NCBI GenBank assembly: GCA_964035575.1
Contig: OZ037844.1
Location: forward strand, 620,001 to 684,000
Length of the DNA stretch: 64,000 bases
Reading direction: 5' to 3'
Source of the DNA: Rhynchopus sp. YZ270_cl-10
Taxonomy: Eukaryota
In this document: in pieces, positions 11,678 through 21,550 of the stretch
Numbering within the stretch: the first letter of the stretch is position 1
How the letters are laid out: every line of letters begins with the position of its first letter
Notes under the pieces: generated by a model
Told to the model about the DNA's origin: nothing
Databases searched by the model: none
Seen by the model: the letters and a program-made list of their open reading frames with translations, nothing else
Program-made: the position numbers and the translations under genes

Positions 11678-13036
11678 TCATTGTTCTGCACCGTGCTTGA
11701 GGAGAACCTGCTCCACACCTGTATGTCCATTCACCCTTGCACAGTGCAACGCAGTGTGGCCTGCAATATCTCTGTGGTTCACATCCACATCTGGCAAGCC
11801 TACAAGATAGCGCACAGTCTCGGTGTGTCCATTCCATGCCGCAAGGGAAAGACATGTGTGTCCTAGGTTGTGTGTGACACACACTCTCGCACCTGCTTCC
11901 ACCAACATCTTCACAATGGCGAGTTCCCCTGAACGACCAGCCAAGTGCAGAGGAGAACTTCCGTTCTCGCTCTTTGCCTCGATGTCTGCCCCTGCATCAA
12001 TGAGCACATGAACTATACTTAAGTGCTTGCGACCCACTGCGCGGTGCAGTGCAGTGTCGCCCCTGTTATTGTTTCTTGACTGATTCACGTCCACCCCAGG
12101 CATGCACAGAAGAGTACGCACAGTCTCGGTGTGTCCACGAAATGCAGCAAGGGAGAGACATGTTTCTCCAGTACGGTCTGCAAGACTCACGCGCGCACCT
12201 GCTTTGACTAACATGTTTACAATGTCCACTGCCCCTCTCCTGCTGGCCAGGAGAAGAGGCGAACGTCCCTCCTCATCCTTTGCCTCAATGTCTGCACCTG
12301 CATCAATTAGCACCTGCACTACATCTGCATGCTTTTCATCAGCTGCAAGGAGCAGAGCAGTGCGGCCGTCCGTATCTTTGTGATTCACATCCACCTCCTT
12401 CAAACCCACAAGAGAGCGCACAGTCTCGGTGTCTCCACCATGTGCCGTAAAAATAAGACGCGTGTTTTCGTAGTTGCATGTACCACACACTCCCGCACCA
12501 GCTGCCATCAAAATTTTCACGACTGCGAGTGCTCCTGACATGCAAGCCCAGTGCAGAGGAGAACGTCCCATGTCGTCCTTTGTCTCGATGTCTGCCCCTG
12601 CATCAATGAGCACCTGACACACTGCAGGGTCCTCCCACATGGCTGGACAGGGTCGGACTCTGTTGTACTCCTGCCCGTGTGGGACAAACGCAACGTTGCT
12701 GCAGACTGACTTCCAATGCTGCAAGAGGACCTCCGTGCACGCAGTGTGGTCTGCGTGGATGCACTCACTCAGCAGCATCCCGAAGCCCATCTGCGTTGTC
12801 CTAACATACGGAAGAAGCAGTGCGAGGCATTCATCGTGGTTCCCTCTGCATGCCTCGTGCACAGCATCGAAGGACACCGTTTTGCTGTCTGTGTCTGGGC
12901 TGAGCTTCTCAATTCCCGCCCGCACGGCAGTCGTGTCGCCGTTCCTGGCAGCCTCCACCAAGACCGAGTCTGCAGAAAGCTTTCTTCTCTTTGGTGCCTT
13001 CTCGTCGGGTGTGCTGTCTGCGTGTCGCTTCGACAT
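11678..13036 (-). CDS. Ankyrin-repeat family protein, PKRRK type (452 aa)
   Basis: Family N-terminus and ankyrin triads. Confidence 0.9.
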   Translation of the reverse strand: MSKRHADSTPDEKAPKRRKLSADSVLVEAARNGDTTAVRAGIEKLSPDTDSKTVSFDAVHEACRGNHDECLALLLPYVRTTQMGFGMLLSECIHADHTACTEVLLQHWKSVCSNVAFVPHGQEYNRVRPCPAMWEDPAVCQVLIDAGADIETKDDMGRSPLHWACMSGALAVVKILMAAGAGVCGTCNYENTRLIFTAHGGDTETVRSLVGLKEVDVNHKDTDGRTALLLAADEKHADVVQVLIDAGADIEAKDEEGRSPLLLASRRGAVDIVNMLVKAGARVSLADRTGETCLSLAAFRGHTETVRTLLCMPGVDVNQSRNNNRGDTALHRAVGRKHLSIVHVLIDAGADIEAKSENGSSPLHLAGRSGELAIVKMLVEAGARVCVTHNLGHTCLSLAAWNGHTETVRYLVGLPDVDVNHRDIAGHTALHCARVNGHTGVEQVLLKHGAEQ

Positions 13037-14912
13037 GGTTTGTGAAGATGTTGATATTCAATGTTGTGTCTTTTATGCTGTTTCTTTTTGTGGAGGTTGT
13101 GAGGTGAGTGGGTGTCCCTGAACTGCCTCCCCCACCCCTGACAAGCACACCACAGTGAATTGTGTCAAAATCACCCTCCTGAGGGTGGTGGGAATCATGG
13201 GCCTTGACAAAGTATCTCCTGTTTTGTTTACCGTGATTACTTATAACAGTTGGGGTAAAGCGGCCACTTGGTTAGTCGAATTTTCTTAATCTAAGGACCG
13301 GAGCGAGGTACCATGAAGCAGTCCTGCTAAGAGTAATGCTGCACTGAAAAGATATTCTCAGATGCTTCTCGGAAAACGAGAGAAATTCGAGAGAAATCCA
13401 AGAACCTGGCTGAAAACCCAAATCTGTGAATGGACTAGAATCTGAGTGGTCATCTATATATTGCAGAGGGAGAAGAACTCTGGGAGAAAGCTGCCCGGGT
13501 GCAGCAGTGGTGGGTAACTTACGGTGCTTGCAAGGTGGAAAAGGTTCTTGCTTTGCTTTGTTTAGTTTTGTCTTTTTTATTGTATCACCATTTCTTGAGC
13601 AGAAACGCATTTCCCTATATGAAGTGAGCTACTGCATACGTGTTGTTGCACTGGAAAAAGATGGAAAAAACACCACGGGGAGGTATAGAAATATAGGAGA
13701 AAGATACGGGAACAGTGCTCGGTGTTGTCAAAAAAAAGAAAAGAAAAAATACAGGATTTTTGCACTCAAAGTCGGGGAAACAAAAAGCGCGAAAAAAGGG
13801 GGTGCAAGCAGATGGTTGTTCTGGGTTGATCGCTACAAAAGTATTCAGAAAAATAACCAGTCCACTTTTTTTTATACGTTTTTTTTTAAATCTTTTTAGA
13901 ACTGACAATAAGTTGTATAAAACAAAGGTCTGTAGCTTGAACCTAGGCCTCTTGGGTGCAGTCACTTTACGAAAAGAATAGGAAAAAAGAAGAAAAAATA
14001 AACAAGCGGGCGCCTTTCGCCGTTTTTAGTTCCCATACCATACCAAAGCACCGTAGCACAGCAATATTACGATACTTTCTTATCCAAAACAAAACAAAAA
14101 AACAAAAACAAACACAAGACTGGGCTTTGTTCGCACGCTCAACAACCTAGTCCAAAAATGAACCAGACGGAAAACTTATGCAATAGCAAAAAGTGTTTGT
14201 GGCCCCACACACCCTAATGATGGCCAGCAGGTTCTGCTCATTTTTGACTCGCAAGCACTGCCACAGTACTTTGTTGGAACGGGGGGAAAGGGAAAAATTT
14301 TTGCAAAGGAAGAACGTAAAGGACACGGGTCTGAATAAATTTGAGACACGTGGAAGTGACAGAGACCCTCCTATGCTCCTGTACACACTCGCACAGAGAC
14401 ATTCTTTCATACCCCGCAAACTTATCGTTAGCTCGCTGAGGGTGTGATTTTATTTCCTTTTGGATCACCAGCAGAGCTGCTTTTAACCAAGAACGTTGAA
14501 AAATCATTAGAGAAAATGTCCCCTTTTTAAACCAATAAACGATAATCGGATCGAAACTGGTAATGGAAACGTTAAAAATGATCTCCAAAAAAAAAAATGC
14601 GTTTTCAACATTATATGGGTTGCAAAAAGTCGTAAATTACACAAAAAAAAAGAAGAATATTATAAACAAACAAAATCCTGCCAAAGGCGTGATTCAAGAG
14701 CAAAAAAAAAAAGGAAAATAGTAAGATGATACCAAGACTCTCATCCCTTGGTCACCTAGGGGGAAACAAAGAAAAGTTTGTAAGATGAACCTAAGCCTCT
14801 CGTGCGTCGGCATCAAAATGAAACACCTGACAAAATGAAGTCAGGACATACGTACTGACATGCAGGCACAACTCTTCCACGAAGGGGGGTTAAAAAAAAA
14901 AGAAAAGTGTAT

Positions 14913-15035
14913 TGGTGCTCGGGAGGGGTCGATATTAGGTCCCTGACAGGTCACTGACACAGGGACTTTATACACACACCCCCCCTGATATTGACAGGTC
15001 GCAGACAGGTCGTTGACCGACTTCCGAAAGCACCA
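14913..15035. mobile_element. Tiny TG...CA element with imperfect TIRs and a 5-bp direct flank
   Basis: TGGTGCTCGGGAG...CTTCCGAAAGCACCA, flanked on both sides by TGTAT. Confidence 0.5.
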
Positions 15036-15351
15036 TGTATAAGATAACTCTGAACCTCTCGTGCATAGTCACCTTGTAAAAAAAGGGGAAATGGTTTGTC
15101 GGTTTTTGCTCTGGTCATGTATAATATATTTTTTTGCCAAGAAACGGGGGGGAAGAGGTCACCCTGGAGAAGGGATACAAAATACGAGATTCACATAAAA
15201 AAAACACATAAAAAAACCCCCCCCCCCCCCCTGAAAAACAAAAAAAAAACACACATTTTTTTTTGCTTTTTTTTTGATTGTATTCCACCCGAGGATGAGC
15301 TCTACACCAAACACTTTTTTAGGTATCCTTTTTATAGCTCTTCTTCCTGCC

Positions 15352-16797
15352 TCAACAGATAGAGTTCTTGGGCTGCACAACCACAAACGCGTATGAGATG
15401 TTGGACAACGTGATCGGGCCGGATGCAACCTCCACTGGCTCGATCTCCGTGTCAACCGTCATCACGTGACCGTTCAGCTCAACCTCTGTTGCATTGATGA
15501 AGGCTGCTGTCATGTGGTATTCGAGCCGTGTACCGACAATGTCCTCCTGCAGGTTCACCTGCGCCGTGCTGTTACCGAAGTTGAAGACAAGGAGCGTCAC
15601 ATTCTTGGTCGTCCCCTTTGTGCAGTGTGCCCACATGCGAACATCACGCTCATAGGTCGCATCTGTGCTTGCTGAAAGAACCTTTTCGCCCATCAGCGTG
15701 GAGAACATAAGGGCACCATAGTAGTCTGGGTTTGGCTTGTTGGTTCTGTGGTCGACCATCTCGTAGTTCCCACCGATGAGGGTCTGTCTACAGAACACTG
15801 CCTCGCCTGCCGCAGCAAGCCCACCCAGAGAGTCGACATACCAGAAGGCGTACATGAAGCGGTTGGATGTTCCGTTGTGTCCAGAGTTTGCAGCACCTCC
15901 AGACTCCCCCATCCACGACCGCATCTTCCCGCCTGTCAGATTGGCGGTGACCTGGTGGGCCTCCTGCGCAGTTTTGAACCACCCATCGTGCTGAGTAGGG
16001 TCCATAACGTGAATGTCAAGCATAGGGTTTTGGTAGCCTTCGCCAAGAGGGTACTCATGCCAGGTCACGGCGTGCACGATGTCGGAGACGAGGGGGATGA
16101 GCTCAGAGAAGAAGGCGGTGTCCCAGTGGATTTCGTCGGGGGCGATGATCTTTGGGCGTGGGAGGTGAGGGGCGGCTGCGTAGGCGGTCTCGATGGCGGA
16201 GTGGAGCGAGTGGAGACCTGCTGCGAAGACAGAGGCGTTGTAGCCGAGCTCGTTGCCGTACTCGAAGCCGTAGAGGGTGTAGTTGTGCTTCACGGTGTAC
16301 TGCATCAGCGCTAATGCGTTCGAGTTGTCCCATGCGCCGGTCGTCTTGGAGCGGTTGTAGTTCGCGTTGATCGCGAATATGAGGTTAGCTTTCGTCGCAG
16401 CAGTGAAGGCATTGAGGCGATCCCATTGCCCCTGCGGAAGGCATCCTCCGTGGAACCAAGTACCAGGTTGCGGAGGTGCGGGGGAAAACGGTGTGCAAGT
16501 AGCAGGCTCGCTGAAGTTGTACACAACGCTGTCGCAGATGGAGCCCCCAATCCGGAGGTACGCCCCGTCCATGCGGGAGACGATCTTGCGTAGCGTCGGG
16601 TCTTCGAAGTTAGCGTTCAGGACACTCGCGTTGCCCCAAGGGCAGATCCCCCAGTTGCATTTGTTCTCCGGCCACCAATCCATGCCAAGGCAAACATAGT
16701 GAGGGTCCGTCTCAGCAATGACCTTGGTCACATCGACACTCACATCAACATTAATCGTTGCCGCAAACGACACAGCTGCGACTGTCAAAAGCAACAT
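15352..16797 (-). CDS. Glycoside hydrolase family 79, heparanase/beta-glucuronidase-like (481 aa)
   Basis: Signal peptide; DWWP..KC, LRIGGS, FEYGNEL (acid/base), WMGESGGA (nucleophile), CRQTLIGGNY and PNPDYY motifs typical of GH79. Confidence 0.92.
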   Translation of the reverse strand: MLLLTVAAVSFAATINVDVSVDVTKVIAETDPHYVCLGMDWWPENKCNWGICPWGNASVLNANFEDPTLRKIVSRMDGAYLRIGGSICDSVVYNFSEPATCTPFSPAPPQPGTWFHGGCLPQGQWDRLNAFTAATKANLIFAINANYNRSKTTGAWDNSNALALMQYTVKHNYTLYGFEYGNELGYNASVFAAGLHSLHSAIETAYAAAPHLPRPKIIAPDEIHWDTAFFSELIPLVSDIVHAVTWHEYPLGEGYQNPMLDIHVMDPTQHDGWFKTAQEAHQVTANLTGGKMRSWMGESGGAANSGHNGTSNRFMYAFWYVDSLGGLAAAGEAVFCRQTLIGGNYEMVDHRTNKPNPDYYGALMFSTLMGEKVLSASTDATYERDVRMWAHCTKGTTKNVTLLVFNFGNSTAQVNLQEDIVGTRLEYHMTAAFINATEVELNGHVMTVDTEIEPVEVASGPITLSNISYAFVVVQPKNSIC

Positions 16798-17213
16798 TTT
16801 TATTTTTGCAAAAATTCTGGGCAGGTTTTGGTAGGGGAGAGGGGAGAGAGGGAGTGATAAGAAAAAAGGAGAAATGACATTCGTTCTTTGAAAAACCCAT
16901 CACCACGTCAAACAGACGTGAACACTGTGAATACCCCAGCCCCAATTTTCAGTTTTTTTTTTGTTGCCGAAGCCTGAGAACCCCATCCCATCTCCCCCCC
17001 TTTAAAAAAATATATGAAAAGAGAGAAACTTGTCAGATGAATTCTTCTCGTGCACGTCTAAGAAGCAAAATTGAAATATAGAGACTACTTGAACCTGAAA
17101 TGCAGTCAGAGGTAAAAAAATAATAACCTCAGAACTTCCTTCTAGATCACACCCCAAACCCCTTTTTTCTCAACCGAGACAGAGAAAAGGAGGGAATTTA
17201 AAAATCACTCCCC

Positions 17214-19324
17214 CTACTTCGCTAGGGCAGCCTTTTGCATGATTTCATGTTGTTTTATGAGCGATAGGAGTGCGACGGGGGGGAGGAGTGCGTACTCCCT
17301 CGATATGCAGGGCTGCTCCATCAGGAACTGGATGAGGTTGGAGTCGGTCTTCATGGCCAGGTCGCTGTCGACATCGAGAACGTTCATCGCACCACTAGGC
17401 AAGGGTGGCGCTGAGGGGGTCTCACCTACCCCCCGCAGGGAGGATTCTTCAAATAAGACCGCTGCTTTGTCGATTCGGATTCCGGTGCTTTTGTCTTTCA
17501 GTCCAAACAAATTGTGTGCGGCACGCGACGTAAATTCCCCTTTGGGTGGTGCCTGGTTATCCACCTTCCGTCTTCTCTTCACTGGAGTATCTATACTATA
17601 AAGATCGACCGGTTTTGAATCTGCCCGGTCCCCTGCTTGCCTTTTCCGCTTCCGCGCTTCGCGACCCATGTCCATCTTAAAATCGTCGCTTTTCTCCTCA
17701 CTCTGTTCTTGACTCAATATAATAGGGTCTTTCGATGGAGATTTCTTCGGAGTTGTCAAATCTACGTCCGCTCTGGTATTTGCTGTTAACCAGGAGTACA
17801 TTTCTTTTTGGAGGTTGGGTTTAAGGACGTCGGGTTCGGTGCTCCCTTCTTGTGTGGTTTGGAAGAGGGAGTAGAGGGTGCTATAGGCGGGGGCGGTTTT
17901 CTTTGCACAACGATAGAATATCATGAATGGCATGAGTTTTCCGTTTACTGCATACTGCCATAGACCTGGAATGCTTTTGGAGACAGTGCGGAGTGCGGAA
18001 TCATCAAAAATCACCCAAATTTTTTCTTCAGAGTTGTAGACGGCAGACACATAGTGGAGACCATAATAGAACACGACACCAGTCATGATTGCGCAGGTTT
18101 CGTCGTTGCATTCTATGCAGTCCACTAAACGGAATGTTACAGGAACGCTCGAAACAAATTTACGAATTTCTTCTCGTGTTGCAGTTTCCTTCGACCAGCT
18201 GACATTAATTGAAAGAACCTTTGGGTTAGAAAACCCGCCACCTTTTATTTCACGTAGTGCGGTTTGCAGGGAGACTTTGTTTTTGCAGACGTCGCAGGTG
18301 AGTTGTTCGTGTTGTCCGACCAGCATGTTTTGGAATGTTGTGGAGGACCGTTCTGAAGAGAAGGCTTTGTGGATGAGGATGGGTGCCCAGATGGTAAAGT
18401 AGTATGCGTTGGTGTAGACGACGCGGCCGGAGCGTTCCCCGCAGCCGCAGCTGGGGGAGACGACGGTGTGGATGCCGAAGTAGGAGTGCGTGAGGGAGAC
18501 CGGGACCTCGCTTGGGGTGGTGGGTGTGTCGGAGGTTTGCAGCGCAGTGTCGATGAACCGCAGAACGGCCTCCAAACATTCGTGAGCGTCCTGCAGGGAG
18601 CCGGTAGCAAAGCCCGGTAGAATCTTGGAGATGCTTGCCCGCACGCACGAAGGGTCCAAGATGCCAGGGGTCTCATCCGAGTAGGTCTTGAACAACTCCA
18701 CAATGTACGACAAGATTTGCGTCTCATGACTCACTTCGTCGCCCAACGCGGGTTTTTCTGCCATCTTTTCTCCTGCGGAGATGAGCTGTGAAGAAGTGGG
18801 GTAAGGAAAATAAGTGAAAATTCTGAATTATTTGATTGTTGGGGTACCGTAGTTGCCTCGGTTGTGTTGTCACAGTTGTGCAAATCTCCACTGTATTTTT
18901 TGTTCCGAGCGTAATATTGTGTATGCTATGTATTGATCCCCCCCCAGCAAAGCTGCTCAAAGCAAAGTTTCGTTGATTGAGGATGGGAATGGAGATGAGG
19001 GGGAGGATGTTGAAATATGCAAAAAACACACCTCCTCGCGAAAATCCTTGAGGTGATAGAGCACCTGCAGGATAGAGTTCAAGAAGCAGTTGTTGTGCCC
19101 AACTGGGTTGGATAGGCCTCGTTCTCCTGTGATAGGGGGGTGTGGGTGGATGATGAGCAGCAAAAGCCGTGCATACCCAACACCGCCAGGTCCTGTGCAG
19201 ATATGTAACCGGCCATGTGTCTATTCTGTGCTATTGTGTAGGGTTGACCCAGGTTCACATCGTCTGGTTGGGGTGATGTCGAGGCAGGGTGTCGATGAAG
19301 GGGAAGAGGGAGAGGGGTGTACAT
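17214..19324 (-). CDS. Ubiquitin-specific protease (peptidase C19, USP53/54-like), 3 exons: 19177-19324, 19032-19126, 17214-18785 (~604 aa)
   Basis: Cys box GLSNPVGHNNCFLNSILQVL, QDAHE, and His box FYYGLHY...WVIFDDS. GT-AG introns 19127-19176 and 18786-19031 join the separate ORFs in frame. Confidence 0.85.
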
Positions 19325-19814
19325 GGGTATTAACTTTAAAATTAAAATAGTAGGATCGGTAGGTAAGTAAAGTTGTTTTCGTTGATTGCACAATTCTCCT
19401 TGAGGGGTGATTGGCGACCGTACCGGTAATACTATTTCTCTTTTAAAGCAAGCTTCGTAGGAATAAAAAAAAAAACAAATCGCAGACACTTGCGTGGTAG
19501 GTACACGGAGCACTAATCCAACAGAATCTTGGTAGGTTAGTATAAAAGACTTCCCCATCCCTTGTCCATTTTTTTTTTTTCGAATACCGCGGCAACTCTA
19601 TTTTGCTTTACTTTTGGGGTCAATTTTGTAATATCAAAAAAACAAAAGACCTCCAAGGGGTGAAAGGGAGAACTTCCTGTCTACGACAAGACAGGGGGAT
19701 TTTTTTTTTTTTGCAACACTAAATTATGTTGTACTAAAAAAAAGGTAGCGGAAAACAGAGAGAGACGCTCTTCACATTGGATTTTGGGTAGACTTCGCTC
19801 TCTTTGCGAAGCTA

Positions 19815-19954
19815 CACGACGGTGAACGGGTGTTACAAGTGGAGTTACATGTAACTTTTGTTACATGTAACCCACCAGTTACCACCTGATTTTGCCTGCA
19901 ATTCGTGTAACCCACTTGTAACTCACTTGTAATGTACTATACTTCACCGTCGTG
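19815..19954. mobile_element. 140-bp MITE with CACGACGGTGAA TIRs and 2-bp TSD (TA)
   Basis: Perfect 12-bp TIR, TA on both sides, internal GTTACA/TGTAAC motifs. Same TIR as 46610-46947. Confidence 0.8.
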
Positions 19955-20470
19955 TACACACACACCTTCTCAAAAAACACACAATTTTTGGGGTCAATAT
20001 TCTGCGCGAAGGATTACCCCTATCAAAACACATAAAAAAAGAGTGGGTTATACTCCGTTCAGGCGTTACCCACCTCTAAATTTGATCAAAAAACACAAAA
20101 GAGAGGTACCATGAGGATAGAGTTGTTGCATTTGTTAGCCGAATTAGCCAGTCAAACAGATACCCAAAAAAAAAAGGGGGAATATTGTCAGATGAACTCA
20201 CCTCGCAGTGGTAATCATCTCAAAAAAAAAAGAGAGAGAAAAGAGATTCGGAAGCTAGAAGAGAGAGGCCTCTCTTGGATGAGCTTGTTGCCTAAGTTAG
20301 GTACGATGGACCTAAGCCTCACTGTGCTTTTAGTCACACCTTTTAAAATAAAAAAGAGTGAAGTTGACAGTACAAACGCAGGGAGAGCAGTGATGTATAT
20401 AGGTATCTGTATGTGGGACCAAATCCCACAAAAAATCGAAAAAAAAAAAAAAAAACTATAGAATTTCGGG

Positions 20471-21550
20471 CAGGCTATTTCCTAAATCTGAGTTTCGATT
20501 TTAGGATTTGAGATTTTGGAAATGCCGCACTTTTTTTACCGACCAAATTTTCCCGGTTGCCGCACTTTTTTTTCGCCTAAGGGGGAAGGTAGGTAGGGCA
20601 CTTCTGTCTGGGAAAAAGTGACCAGGGAAAAAAATGTTGGGGTCCCGTGCTCCAAATGTGCGAAATAAGCAAGAAAAAAGTATTTTTGCGCACATGTGTA
20701 TAAAAAAAATCCGCCTCCGGCGGGGTTCGTATTCGAGGGTTTTCAGAGATATCACGATATGAGGATTCCTTAAGAAACCATTGAATCTTATTTCAGAATA
20801 ATAGTACCTTAGAGTGTTTTTGGACACACATGTGACCCCACCGTGGAGAGCAATCGGCTCGTGCAATCAAAAGAAAGTGGAGAAAAGGTACAAAAAAAAA
20901 AGTTGGGTACCGTGCGCCTGCGGCGCTTCTTGTTCCTACCAGTTTCTACAGGCAAACACTTGGCCCCCTTTACCTTACACTGACGGATTTTGACCAAAAC
21001 CAAGAACTTGTCCATTTCGGCAAATTGACCCCACCACACAACGCACGGATTCCGGAAATGCAAATGCCGGTGTTTTCGGGCATTTTCATGTTTCAAGACG
21101 TCAGGATCAGGGAGAGAAAATTTGGTTGCGGGATTTACCTTGGCCCTCTTTACCCTACATGGATTTTGACCAAAACCAAGAATTTGGCCATTTCGGCAAA
21201 TTGACCCCACCACAGCGCGGGCGGATTCCGGAAATTCCAATCGCGGTATGTTTTGGAGCTGAAAACCCACTGTTTTTTTCAGGGGAAAAATTGCTTCCAA
21301 ATGTCGGAATTTTCCGAATTTTCCTGAAAATGACCCTTGTTTACGAGTATGGGTTCATATTTTGCGAAAATTTAAGTCACTAAATTTTTGTCCATTTTTC
21401 CGAATATGCCCCACCACAAGCCGGGATTGGCTCGGAAATGCAACAAAACGCCCTCTTGGGCGGAAAAAAACCTCACAAAAATGCCGCACTTTTTTTGCAT
21501 TTCTTTTTCGAAATTTTGGAAAAAACGCCCCAGAGTTAGGAAATAGCCTG
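20471..21550. mobile_element. Non-autonomous hAT-like element (1080 bp)
   Basis: TIR CAGGCTATTTCCTAA...TTAGGAAATAGCCTG with a perfect 8-bp TSD ATTTCGGG. Internal ~100-bp direct repeat (~20960 and ~21140); no transposase ORF. Confidence 0.85.

Noticed and set aside
14208..14446. CACACCCT...AGGGTGTG possible TIR pair
   Set aside because: Only 8 bp and no target-site duplication.
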